Assembly: GCF_009914755.1 (NCBI RefSeq)
Contig: NC_060935.1
Origin: the human T2T-CHM13v2.0 reference genome, Homo sapiens
Strand: one strand, 5' to 3'
DNA length: 64,000 nt
Shown here in pieces: positions 27,113 through 41,470 of this stretch. Numbering within the stretch: position 1 is the first letter of the stretch; each line of letters starts with the position of its first letter. Under the pieces are notes generated by a model. It searched no databases, was not told where the DNA came from, and saw only the letters and a list, made by a program, of their open reading frames with translations. The translations under genes were made by a program, and so were the position numbers.

Positions 27113-27477
27113 TAATACGGTTTGGCTGTGCCCCCACCCAAATCTCATCTTTGTAGTTCCCATAATCCCCACATGTCATAGGAGGGACCTGGTGGGATGT
27201 AATTTAATCATGGGAAAGGTTACTTTCATGCTGTTCTTGTGATAGTGAGTGAGTTTTCATGAGATCTGATGGTTTTATAAGGGGTTTTCCACCTTCGCTT
27301 GGCACTTCTCTCTCCTGCTGCCATGTGAAGAAGGACGCGTTTGCTTCCCCTTCTGCCATGATTGTAAGATCCCTGAGACCTCCCCAGCCACACGGAGCTG
27401 TGAGTCAATTAAACCTCTTTCCTTTATAAATTACCCAGTCTCAGATATTTCTACATAGCAGAGTGAAAACAAATACA
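27113..27477 (+). mobile_element. THE1C-like MaLR solo LTR
   Basis: tacggtttggctgtgcccccacccaaatctcatc...ctgtgagtcaattaaacctctttcctttataaattacccagtctc...aataca. Confidence 0.9.
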
Positions 27478-27479
27478 CC

Positions 27480-28125
27480 CGCCATTCACCCTTGTTCCCG
27501 AACATACTGTTGTCCACCTAGCATCCAAAGCCACCTTTTAAATAAATTAATCAGATCACATTATCTTCTTGATTCAAGCCCTCCAAAGGTTCTCCACTGT
27601 GCAGACACCTTCCTATGTTATTTGCAGCTCTGCCTTGCTGGCTGCCTAAACCCACACTCCTCCCAGTCTCACATACCACTCATCTGCTTGTCCCCACTGC
27701 CCTAGACACAGCCTACTTTCTGTGCCCAACTCCGGCCCTTGTACTTGCTGTTTTCTAAACCTAGAAGGCTCATCTTCTTCTGCATCTCTTTCCTGTAAGA
27801 ATTAAGCTTATATGATTGCACCACTGCACTCCAGCCTAGGTGACAGAGCAAGACTTCATCTAAAAACATAGAATAATAAAAATAATAAGTTCGACTGCCA
27901 CTTCTTCAAAGAGGCCTTCCTTGCTATCCAGCTAAAACAGGCCCTCCCAATTCTATGGTCAATATTATTACTCTGCTTTGTTTCCTTCATAATACACACG
28001 CCTATTTGAAATTATCTCACTTACTTGCCTACTCCCTTTGATAGAGCTGGGATCTTTTCTAGCTTGTACACCTAGAATGGTACCTGGCATATAACAGGTG
28101 CTCACTGCATATTTGTTGAATAAAA
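27480..28125 (+). mobile_element. L2 fragment containing a short Alu 3'-end fragment (about 27812-27890)
   Basis: L2 3' motifs (agaggccttccttg...cctggcatataacaggtgctc...atttgttgaat) and Alu tail gattgcaccactgcactccagcctaggtgacagagcaagac. Confidence 0.6.
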
Positions 28126-29662
28126 GGATGTTGATATTATCATTTGTATTTTCTCATTTAGTCTTCATAAAAAAACACAGAGAACAACATTCATCTCCCC
28201 ATTTTCTAGATGTGGAACACTAAAGATGGAGAAGTTAAGTGATTTCCCTAAACTCAGATGCCAGGAAGTTAGAAGACTGTAAATCGTTATCCTAATGGTA
28301 AAGCAGTGGTTAAGAATAGAGACTGCAGAATCTGACTGCCCTTGGTTTGAAACTCAGCTTTATTTTCCCTAGCCGTGCAGCCTTGGGCAAGTTACTTCCT
28401 TTGTCAGAACCTCAGTCAACTTGAATCAAATGTGAATAAAAGTGGCAGCTACTGTATACGGTTTTGTGAAGCTTAAATCGTGCATGGCAAACTCTTAGCA
28501 GGAAAATTAGTAAATGTTAGCTGTTTGTATCGAGTGGCAGAGCAGAGATATGACCTTGGATCTGTCTAGTATCAACGCTGAGTCTTTGCTGATATGTTAA
28601 ACTGTCTTAGGGGCATTCTGACCCAGTCCTCTCCCACTCCATTTTGAAACGGCAGAATTTTTCCACCCCTAAGAGAGATACATGGAATTTTTGCCCGCTC
28701 CCTTTTTGAAATGCACGTTCCTTCTCTGCACACCTCACACTCCTCATCGCCCCCATCTACCCATCTGCTGCTGGGCTACGGAAGTGATATGCAGGGTGTG
28801 AGAGACAACAAAAGAAGCCTTCCTGCACAGCCCCCGTCCCTCAGGGACTGGCAGCTTCCCAGCCTGTAAGGTGTTAAATCCCAGCTCCCTCAGCAAACCT
28901 CCTGCTGGGGATCCCAATTTAGAACCAGCAGCAAATCCTGCCAGCCTGCTCCCAGTTTCTTCTCTCCATATGGAAGCTGGAAGCAGCCAGCTGTGCCTCA
29001 GGCCCCTCCCCAAATCCAAGGGAAGGCGGTGCTCATCCCCATTTAGGCTTCCTTGGCACATCCATTTGGGCTTTGGCCAGCTCCAGGGTCTCTTGCAGTC
29101 TCTGGAGGGCTCAGTCCCCATCCTCACCCAGATGCCCGATCCCTGGCCATGTGAAATGCTGGACCACCTGTTCCTGTAGCCTCAGGGGCTGTCCTTCAGA
29201 AGCAGCCAGGATTCTAAACACATGCAACATCTCCATTCTTCTTAATGAGGTTCCTTTCACTCTGAAGGGGAGGGCAGAGTTGGCCCCAAGATGGGGAACA
29301 ACTTCCAAACAACCAGAGACAAAGGGGCCACTTCTTGGAAATGTGTTTGGAAGAAGGTATATTAGGGAAACAGCAAGAGGAGGAGGGAGCTGCGCTCCCT
29401 CCCCACATCAAGGAATGCCTTCAATTCCCTCTCCACTCTTGCCTCTACTTGGAGAGCTGGCGAGGCTGGGTGCAGGGGCAGCCTGACTACACCTCTCTGT
29501 CTAGGGCAGAACAGTGAACACAGCTGAGTGTCCCTGCCAAGGAAGTATCGTTGGCCAACCTAGCAGGTGGTCCTGAGTCTGAAAGACCAGAGCAGGCAAA
29601 GAGCCTGGAAGATGTGCTCAGATTCCTTAACAATGTCTTACTGCAGGAGAAGAGGGGTATAG

Positions 29663-29706
29663 GTGTGTGGGCGTGTGTGTGTGTGTGTGTGTGTCTGTGT
29701 GTGTGT
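29663..29706. repeat. (GT)n microsatellite
   Basis: Read directly. Confidence 0.9.
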
Positions 29707-30109
29707 AGTGATATCTGTCAGTGAAGCTGGACTGTGCCCTGAGCTCTCAAATCCTGGCCTCATTGCCGATCTTTCCCCATGGCTACGTGCCCAAACAGGA
29801 GGGGCGGCTGGATAGTCCCTGCTTCTACAGAACTGAAAGGAAATCTTTATTAATTTCTAGACCAGTAAGACAGCTGGAAAAGGCTCTCAACAAAAATGAA
29901 CACCCTTAGCCTCAGACAAAAGTCTTCTTATCTTCAGCATTTGGTGCAGGGGAGGGGATTGTGGGAGAGACACACACACTTCTAAGAAGTGGTTGGGTTT
30001 TGTTTTTCTTTACTGTTTCCTCTTAGAAAGAAAAGGAGGACTTAAAAAAATTCAGAGAGAGGCATTTGCATTTTCTTTCCTCCTTCAAAGATGACACAGT
30101 CTGTGATGC

Positions 30110-30325
30110 CAGCCGGGGTCCGAATCTTAGTTCGGCCACTTACTAGTTGTGTGACTCTAAAAAAGGCCACTATATTTTCTGAGCCAAGGTCTCTCATTTG
30201 GAAATGAGAATATTTGTACCTGCAACAATGTGTTTTTCTCACTTGTCTTAGGGATTAAATGAGATATTGTATGTAAAGCACTTAGCACAGCACCTGGTAC
30301 ATAAAAATGCTCAATAAGTGGCAAC
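30110..30325 (+). mobile_element. MIR SINE
   Basis: ccacttactagttgtgtgac...ggattaaatgagatattgtatgtaaagcacttagcacagcacctggtacataaaaatgctcaataa. Confidence 0.75.
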
Positions 30326-30584
30326 AAATATTGTTATTTTTCTCGAGTCTTGTCTGGATCTGAGGCACTGATTGTTTTGGTCCAGGAATCACAGGGGACA
30401 GCTCAGGTTCTGACCCACTGCTCCAGGGCTCATGAGAGCCTCATCTCTTCACTGGCTAGAACCCTAAACCCAACAGGTTTAGCATCCCAGACAGTGATAG
30501 CAGAGCCAAGGATTAGATGATGAAGACCCTAAGGGCTCTCACATCAAGAGATGGTTTCGTGGAGAGGATAAAAGAAGGGGCTCT

Positions 30585-30785
30585 GGGGCTGGCTTCTGAA
30601 TTTTCATCTTGGCTCTGCCACTTACAAGTTGTATGACAGCAGAAAAGTTATTTATCCCTCTGTGCCTGAGTGTCTTCATCTGTCACATGGCTGTGACAAG
30701 GGTTGCAATGGGGATTAAATGAGTCAGTACAGGAAGGTACTCCGAATGATGCCTGGTTCATAGTAAGTACTACGTGTTGGCTTTT
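30585..30785 (+). mobile_element. MIR SINE
   Basis: ggctctgccacttacaagttgtatgac...cctctgtgcctgagtgtcttcatctgt...ggattaaatgag. Confidence 0.7.
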
Positions 30786-31520
30786 ATCAGGGGCTCAGGT
30801 GTTCATCAGGAACAATGACAAGTCCTCAGCTCAGCCTGTGAGTTGACATATAACCCCAATCCACCTGACTCTATGATTGTTTATTGAATTGTCTGCCTCC
30901 CCCATGACGCAGTTCCACGAGAGCAGGAATATCATCTGTCCTGTTTATACCTCTGCCTCCGCCAAGTCAGTGCTCAATTACCATAACTACTAACTGAATG
31001 AATAGTTAGACCAAAAAACCAATTCAAACTTATTTCTGTCCAAACAAACCATTTTTAAAGCCCCTCCCCACCACCCCATGTCAAATGGCCTGTCCATTCA
31101 GTTGAAAAAATGGTTGTTCAGAAAGAATAGCATCTACCACTTTGCTGCAGAAAGTCTTTCTTCACCCAAAGTTGCCAGGGTTATCACAAAACACTCACAT
31201 GGAAATAGCCCTGCTAATACAACTCAATGGACAGGGTCTGGCTAGGGTAGCACAAAGAGTTAAGACTGCTAAATACTTTCAGTCTCTTTTCCCTGTGCTT
31301 CAGTTTGGTTGATTTCTATTGAACTGTCTTTAAGTTCCCTGATCTTTTCTTCTATTTTGACCAATAGGCCATTAATCCCCTCCAATGAATTTTTGTTTTA
31401 TTTCAGATAATGCATTTTTCAGTTCTAGGATTTCCAGTTGGTTTCTTTTTTATTGTATTTTTCAGTGCTAGGGTTTCCATTGTGTTCTTTTAAATACTTT
31501 TCAAATCTCTCCTGAATTTC

Positions 31521-33715
<2,195 letters not shown>

Positions 33716-34906
33716 TGAATTTTTCATGTCTTCATCCATTATAGTCATCTTTTCCTGTCAATCTTTTAGTGCATTTATTTTAAAGTTATGTAAAAGTTTC
33801 TTGTTTGAAAATTTCCATTTCATCACCCATGCTCTATTTCTTTTGACTGGTTGTTCTCTTGAATGTAGATCTTATTTCCTTGCTTGTTCACAACAAGAGA
33901 TCTATTGTTTCCTTTGATTGCAAACGCCCTCTCCTCTATTAGGCTGGTGGGAGAACTGATCAGGGATGAATCAGTTTGACCCAATCAAGGGTTAAGCTGA
34001 TTTGGGGCAGGACTGAAGCTATAATCTCACCAGAAGAGCCTTGAAATTCAAACCCCATAAACCTAAGGAAATCTCTCTTTGATTTTCATCTCCTCCTTCC
34101 CCCAGCTTCCTGCACTCCTGTGACTACAAGACTAGGAAGCTGTGAGCCCATGAGACTGTGAGACTTTGAGACCACAAGCTTATAAAGCTGCAAGGTGACA
34201 ACATCCCAAGATCTCCTGCTTCGTAGCCTCATTCCAGCCTCTGCTTGCACAGGCAAATTCCATTTAATAAAATACTTGGTGGAGAGGATTGTCTTTGCCT
34301 TGGAGTCTCTTCTAGATTTAAGTTCAACTGGTCAGCCCATAGATTCAAAAGTTTTCCTGTCTTCTCCTCCTCCTTCTCTGGTAGGCCCCTTCCTGCACTT
34401 GCCCTGCCCCCAACCGCAGCAGCTGCCTTCAAGTATGAAGCATCCCGAATCTCTTGCTCATCCTGGAAGAATTCACCACTCTGGAGTTTAAATTCTTTTA
34501 GATTTCATATTATGGTTTTAATGAAAACTGTTATTTTCTTTGGTTTAATCTAGTGATTTCTTACTGTTTGAGCAGGAGGGAAGGTCTTTCACATCCTTCT
34601 ATACCTTCACCAGAAGCTGAGCTATGATTGATGAGTTCTTTAACAACATAAAATCCTCTGCAAAGATTTAAACATGAATTCTCTGTGGTCAAAGAGCTTC
34701 AGCACATAAAATATAAAATACTATTTGCCATACAATACTTTGTCTGGTGAAGACTACCTCCTTGTGCCCAGTGTGTATTCTCTAACCTTAAAGGCTTCTC
34801 TTTTATTATCTTTCTTCTCTGGCCCTATATTGATTTCTTCCCCTGCCACCCAAAACAACAACTAACAAATAGAGCTCATTTCATGGCTCTGGATTATAAG
34901 AATAGC

Positions 34907-34983
34907 ATCCACCATTTATTGAGCACTTACTATATACCAGACTCTATCCACCATTTATTGAGCACTTACTATATACCAGACTC
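34907..34983. repeat. Perfect 38-bp tandem duplication at the edge of a MIR (MIR to about 35145)
   Basis: atccaccatttattgagcacttactatataccagactc at 34907-34944 and 34946-34983. Confidence 0.92.
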
Positions 34984-35829
34984 CATATTAAGGGATTTAT
35001 AGACAGTTCTTCACTTAATCTTCACAAAAACTCTCAAGGCCACTATGAGGATCCCAATTTTGTAAATGAGGAAACTGAGATTCACAAAGATTGGGTAACC
35101 TTGCCCAAAGCCAGGAAAGAAACAGAGATTCAAATCCAAGCCCAGGCTGCTAACTGCCACCTAATACCATCCCCAGTTTGAATCGACCTGAGCATTGTTC
35201 TTTTTCTGGGAGCATCAGGACACAAAAGTCTGGAGCGAGATGAGGCAGCTTTCAGTAACTCCACCCTAGGCGATTCCGCAGCTCCCCTGGAGGGCAGCCC
35301 CGAAAGTCAGTAACACACAGCTTTGTAAGCCTTCTCCCCACTCCCCTTAAGTTTGCTCTTAATCATTCCTACTTATGGCTCAGGAATCGGCCTGCACAAA
35401 TCCTCTTCCTCTCCGATAACTCACCCTACAAACATTTTTGGGCATGGCTTATGGCCAGTTCCTCTGTTTCTCTGCCTCTGTCCAAAATATGACTAAGAAG
35501 ATAAATGTATTAAGGACCTATAATCTCTCCCCATAAATCCTCTCATCTGGGTTGCTTTCCTAACCTCCTTAGATGCCCAGTATCCTTCAGGGACTGAAAG
35601 GCTGGGATCACTGCCATGCCAGCTAGAAGTGTGGCATTCTGGGTCGCTCTTGGGCCCTCCTGCTGCTCATCTTTTTTGATGGCCAAGGAACTCAGCCTAG
35701 GGCCAAGCTAAACCAACACCAGTCCAGTGGTCAGCAGTGGAAGTCAGCAGAGTGGTTCCACTTCAGAACGCAACTTTTGAGTTTAAGAAACCCTAAGAGG
35801 AAGCCTTGGTTTCGACTTTGGATATCAGC

Positions 35830-36230
35830 ACCTCTAATAGCCAGCACCCAAATCGCAGTTCCTAAATACAATTTCCCACTATAAGAAACCAGGATGCAGG
35901 GAGAAATAGCTTGTTTCAAGACCTGGGCATAGAAAATCAAGGTGAACTTAAAACATTTGAGGGTCAGGGGTAGAATGCAAGTAAGTGCTCAAGGAGAAAT
36001 GAGGTGCAGCCTGCTTAACGGGCCAAATCTGAAACAATCTAAGCATCAAAAGAAAAATTATGATAACACTATGAAACAGAAAAAAATTAAAATTCATGAG
36101 TCTTAAAGTGCAGAAAAAGAGAGAGAGAGCCAGATGTTGGAGAATGATAAAAAGTGGCAAATCCTGGAAAGGAGCATATGGATGTATACTATTCTTTCAA
36201 CTCTCTGTAGAATTGAAGGTTTTACATTAA
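35830..36230 (+). mobile_element. L1MC-type 3' UTR fragment
   Basis: ttcctaaatacaatttcccactataagaaaccagg...ggagaaatagcttgtttc resembles an L1MC3/4 3' end. Confidence 0.5.
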
Positions 36231-36702
36231 AGAGTGGAGAAAGGTAGAAAGAACAGCTCTTTTTTTAATGGCGATAAAGTGCCAGTAGCTCTTAGTCTGG
36301 ATATTCTGAGATTACTAAACCAATCTTTCCTGGGCAGAAAGATGTGAATAAGTTCTCTCCTGGGCTCAATAGCCTCAGGCCGTTTGCCCATCCTCCTGGA
36401 TAATACAACCTGCCAATGGTTATGCATGAATCAATTCCATAATGAATTTTAAGGTTGTCATTAGTTAGGTTAGTAATATAAACATTGTCAAGGACAGTGA
36501 GCAAATAAAGGTGCTACTGCATCTGTTCAGTGCCAGATGCTCTCTAACCCACATATAAAACAGCTCTGATCCTTCTGGCACTTGCCCGCCACTCCTCCCT
36601 CCTTCTAAGGCTCTGTATGGTACTCAGGAAAAAAAATGCCCAGGCTCTTCAGAGACACTCAGAAGGAAGCGCCTTCAGGATAACGTTGTCTGAAAGGATC
36701 GC

Positions 36703-36738
36703 TTGGGCGCCATCTAGTGGGAAAATGCTTGCACTGCC
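36703..36738 (-). promoter_or_regulatory. Candidate CTCF binding site (core CCACTAGATGGCGC)
   Basis: Plus-strand gcgccatctagtgg at 36707-36720 is CCACTAGATGGCGC on minus, a full match to CCASYAGRKGGCRS in non-repeat DNA with the CpG retained. Confidence 0.7.
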
Positions 36739-37696
36739 ATGGGGCTCCGGCGCTGTGTCCCAGCCATATGTAGGCGACCCTTAACGTAGGCAGGCAGCAT
36801 AGTGCTCAGCACCAGGCAGGCATTCAACAAAGAGTGAAATGAATTACTTCTTCCTATGAATTCCCTACACATTTATTTAGTGCCAGTATGAGGTGAGGGT
36901 GATAAGAACCTAATAACATCATATTGATGTCTTCTTATGGTCAAGCACTGTTTTCACAGATGGATTGTAAACTCATTGCAGAATCATTGTGTTCCCTGGT
37001 GACCAGCCCAGTGCTCCATAAGAAATGCTCCATCAGTGCTCATGGCAGTGGTAACATACACTGTGTGGAATGAGGCTCTCAGAACAAGCATAACGTAATT
37101 GAACAAGCAAAACTGAACCAACACAGATCGGATAGAATCTGACCATTAGTTTGTTTTTTCAATTTCATAGCATTGACCACATTCTATTTTTTTAACTTTA
37201 AAAAAAATCTCCTCTCTAAAGCGCAAGCTCTAAGATGTCAGAGACCATGCCCGTCTGGCTTATCATTGTACATCCAGCACCTAGAAGCATCCATTCAAGA
37301 AATATCTTTTGACTGGATGGGTAGATTAATGCACGAAGGTGTGAGCTCTCTGTTCTGCCTGCCTAGGTGATAGACTGGTTGCTCTGAGCCAGTTCTGCTG
37401 TCCTTGAGAAAGCCTGGACCCTCAAATGGACACAATCACCAGCCCAATCAATGAGGCTCCATAAACAGCGTCTTACACCAAGGTGCAACCCAAGATTTGA
37501 CCAGTAGGTGCTATTTAAAAAGACGCATGCTCAGGATTTCTGAATATTAATATTTTCTGTTTCATAACATTTGGGTGACTGCTATCCTTGTTTTGTTACC
37601 ATTTGCTGTATTGACTTCTTGCATGCAAATATTCTTTCCTTCCTGTCCCCTGCACCCTGAACAAACCCCCTTACTCACATGGAGCGACTGAAGTAT

Positions 37697-38045
37697 TGTT
37701 TAGAAATATTTATCCACCCCTCTTCCTTTGGGATGGCATATACTTCCCTACTTCACTCATTGGGAACTTAGCCATGTGACTTCTTTTGGCCAGTGGAATA
37801 TGGGTGAGTGTGATGTGCGCAGAGGCCTTATGTGCACCTGTGTGTTTGGCTTGACCTCTTGTGCTTCTGCGACCCACCCTGAGAAGAGCATCCCCTGATG
37901 GTTGCTGTCCCTTCTGCCTAAGCCCTGCAGCCTGGAGCACAACCAGCCCAGGTCAGCCCAGTTGAAATCAGTGGAATGCCTGCCAACTCACAGACCCATG
38001 AGAAAGAACAAACATTTGTCCTTTGAGATTGTTAGTTACCCAGAA
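37697..38045 (+). mobile_element. Old MLT1 (I/J-like) MaLR LTR
   Basis: cttagccatgtgacttcttttggccagtggaatatgggtgagtgtgatgtg...cacagacccatgaga...gagattgttagttacccag. Confidence 0.7.
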
Positions 38046-38569
38046 AAAAAAAAAAAAAACTGAACACTTTATCACCACCATCCCTGAAAGCTTCAACTTA
38101 GAAACTCTACTCTCTGACCATAATACCCATTCCACCTATGTGTTCCATTACTTCATTACCACCAAGCCTGCTTTTCCACTTAAGACCTCCTGTCCCTATT
38201 GCCCCTCTACCAGGCTCTTTCTGATTTCATGTCCTTCCCAGCTGGGATCCTTGGTCAGTCATGTCTCAGCTTATTCTTGGATCAACAAAACAACTGGTTT
38301 TACTCCCTTCTGCTGCTGCACTTCCAGAGAGCATCAGCCAACGTCCTAACTGACTGCATCACCTCCCTAGGAACTCTGGCTTCGACTGGGTCCTCCGTCT
38401 CGCTTGGATATGCTTTAAGCTTAACACCAGCTGGTGCCTTTTCTTGTTCCTCAAGTGGCTGCCCCAAACCTTTGGTACTTTCAAGCCCCAACCTCACTTC
38501 TACTCATTCTCAGCAGAGATTTCACTCCCTACTTCCCAGAGAAAACGGGAGAACTCACCAGCAGGAGGC

Positions 38570-38785
38570 AGACTAGGACTGTGGTTAAGAACAAGAGTAA
38601 GGGGTCTGGAATCGTCCTGGGCTTTACCCCAAAGTGTACGGCCTCAGGCAAGTTACTTCACAGCTCTGAGCCTCAGTTTCATTATCTATAAAATGGGAGT
38701 ATGTATTTTCATAGGGTGATTGTACAGATGAAACAAGACATGGCACATAAAGTGCTCAGCACAGTTCCTACCATATAATTACTAA
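38570..38785 (+). mobile_element. MIR SINE
   Basis: gtggttaagaac...ggcaagttacttcacagctctgagcctcagtttcattatctataaaatggg. Confidence 0.75.
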
Positions 38786-39027
38786 CAAACAAGATATGCT
38801 ACCTATAAATAATTCTTTTCCTCCTGTCTCAGCCTAGGACAGAAAAGGAAGCTCCCTCTCCTTTAACTCTCACTTTTGTTCTTGATCTCATAGGAAGTTC
38901 TTCTCCTTCAGGATAACATGGTCTTAACTTCTTCAGTTAGTCTTACTCTAATATGTAATATTTTTAATCTCTCCTACTGACACTTTACTCACATTAGCTT
39001 AAAACCTGTTTAACCCTTTCCCATCTT

Positions 39028-39347
39028 TTTTTTTTTTTTTTTTTTTTTGAGAGAGAGACAGAGATGAGGTCTTGCTCTGTTGCTTAGGCTGGAATGCAGT
39101 GGTGTAATCATAGCTCACTGCAGCTTCAAAATCCTTGGCTGCAGAAGCGATTCTCCCTCCTCAGTCTCTTGAGTAGCCAGAACTACAGGCATGCACCACC
39201 ATGCCTGGCTGAATTTTTTTAATATTGTGTAGAGACAGAATCTTGTTTTGTTGATCAGTCTGGCCTTGAACTCTTGTCCTCAAGTAACCTGACTGCCTCA
39301 TCCTCCCAAAGTGCTGGGGTTACAGGTATGAGCCACTGCACCCGGCC
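39028..39347 (-). mobile_element. AluJ, TSD tttcccatctt
   Basis: AluJ diagnostics (atcatagctcactgcagc). TSD at 39017-39027 and 39348-39358. Confidence 0.9.
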
Positions 39348-39494
39348 TTTCCCATCTTAATTGGTATTTTTCCACAGCTGTTTATTTACTCATAAACTAT
39401 CACCTTAATTCTCCCCTTCCTTGCTTGATTAAGCTTATTTAAAAGAAAGTTGTCTGTATTCTTTTTGTCCATTTTTCACACTTCAAATCTTGCC

Positions 39495-39697
39495 TTTTTT
39501 TTTTTTTTTTTTTTTTTTGGAAACTGTCTCACTCTGCCCAGGCTAGAGTGGCAGTGGCATAGCTAATTTTGTATTGTTTGTAGAGACAGGGTTTCACCAT
39601 GTTGCTCAGGCTGGTCTCGAACTTCTGGGCTCAAGTAATCCACTGCCTTGGCCTCCCAAAGTGCTGGGCTTTCAGGCATGAGCCACTGCGCCCTGCC
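39495..39697 (-). mobile_element. Alu (J/S) with most of the right arm deleted
   Basis: gcagtggcat is joined directly to agctaattttgtatt; the left arm is intact. Confidence 0.8.
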
Positions 39698-40766
39698 AAA
39701 TTTTATATGAAACTGCTATTGCTCAGGTCACCAATCGCATGCTAGCCATCAAACACAAAAACCTCTTTACTGCCTTCATCCTATGTGACCTTTCTGCCTT
39801 TGAAACACTGCCCCCAGCTTCCAGAACCCTACTCCTTCCTGGTTCTCCTCCTATCTCTCTATCTTTTCCCATCTCCTTCCTGGTTTTCTCTTCCTTTCCT
39901 TTTACATCTGTTGCTATTTCCTCTGCCCATGGTGCTCTGTTCACCTCATGCTTCCATCTATAACAGCCATAGGCATATCTCAAGTCTCCAAAATTCTCTT
40001 GAGCTCCAGGCACTTATTTCCTACTGTCTGCAGAGTCTCTTATAGATGTCCAAATTCCAACTTATCTCATGTGGAACTCACCTTCTTTCCCCCACCAAAC
40101 CTCTTCCCTTTTATTACTCACTTAACAGCATCAACTTCTAGACAGTTAATCAAACTAAGAATTTGAAAGGCAAACTCTTGAGATGCCTTACCCCATTCTT
40201 CAGTGAGTCTTGAGTCCTGTCACTCCTTCCTTTAAGCTCTTCTCACTCTAGTCTCCCTTCTTCATCCCCTGAAGCGCTGCAATCGCACTCCTAATGGCTA
40301 CCTTTGGATATGGTCTTCCTCCACTCCAGCGGAGTTATGCTACAAGAGTTATCTGTCAAATGGTACTCCCCGGATTAAACCATCCTTCATCTCAGAACCA
40401 TGTCTAAGCTCTGAGCCCTGGAACACTATGCCCTTCATAGTCAGGGCTTGCCACCCCAAGACCATCACCTTGCTCTAATCATACCTCATGTCACATGCTT
40501 CCTTGAACACACCTTGCATTTTCACACCCTGACCATACTATCCCTCTCCCTGAAATATCTTCCTGCTCTGCCAACTGAAGAGCAAAGGCATAGCTCAACC
40601 TTCACTTCCTGTCTGAAACCTTACCTCCCTCTCCCTGTCATTAACTGTTCTGTTAGCTAGTTCTCAGAGCACTTGGTCCATCCTCTACTTCACCACTCTT
40701 CCTTGGTTCCCCACTGCACTTGCAATAGCATCTAAATTCCTTACCTAGCTTACCTACCTACAAGGC

Positions 40767-41121
40767 TGTATTAATCTGTTCCCACACTGCTAAGAAAGAC
40801 ATAGCTGAGACTGGGTAATTTGTAAAGGGAAGAGGTTTAATGGACTCACAATTCCACATGCTGGGAAGGCCTTGCAATCATGGCAGAAGGCAAGGGAGAA
40901 GCAAAGGCACATCTTACATGGCAGCAGGCAAGAGAGCTTATGCAGGGGAACTCCTGTTTATAAAACCATCAGATCTCCTGAGACTTATTCACTACCATGA
41001 GAACAGTATGGAGGAAACTACCCCTATGATTCAATTATCTCCACCTTGCCCCACCCTTGACACATGGAGATTATTACAATTCAAGCTGAGATTTGGGTGG
41101 GGACACAGCCAAACCATATCA
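40767..41121 (-). mobile_element. THE1 MaLR solo LTR with perfect TSD AAGGC
   Basis: tgtattaatctgttc...gagatttgggtggggacacagccaaaccatatca; AAGGC at 40762-40766 and 41122-41126. Confidence 0.93.
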
Positions 41122-41331
41122 AAGGCGTGATCACACTCCTGCCTACCACTCCAACCCCATCAAATCCCCCTTTCCCTCTCATGTGCACAGAGAAAGAGCA
41201 CTCTTCCATATGACCCAAAGCAGGGAAAAACCCAAAGTGATCTTACATAATCCAAAGGTCAATGTGAAATCTAAAGCTGTGCACTACAGCTCTAATTACA
41301 ACTATCTCAAACTATTATTGAAAGTAGTTTT

Positions 41332-41470
41332 GTCAGGCATGGTGGCATGTGCCTGCAGTCCCCGTCACTTGAGAGGTTGAATCAGGAGGATTGCTTGAGC
41401 ACAGGAATTTGAGGCCAGCCTGGGCAACATAGTAGGACCCCATCTCGGAAGAAAGGAAAATAAATGAAAG
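41332..41470 (+). mobile_element. FLAM (free left Alu monomer)
   Basis: Single Alu monomer gtcaggcatggtggc...ggaggattgcttgagc...gcctgggcaacatagtaggaccccatctc with an A-rich tail. Confidence 0.8.

Noticed and set aside
28744-29517. Cluster of overlapping ORFs on both strands
   Set aside because: GC-rich intron with few stops; no recognisable domains or convincing exon structure.
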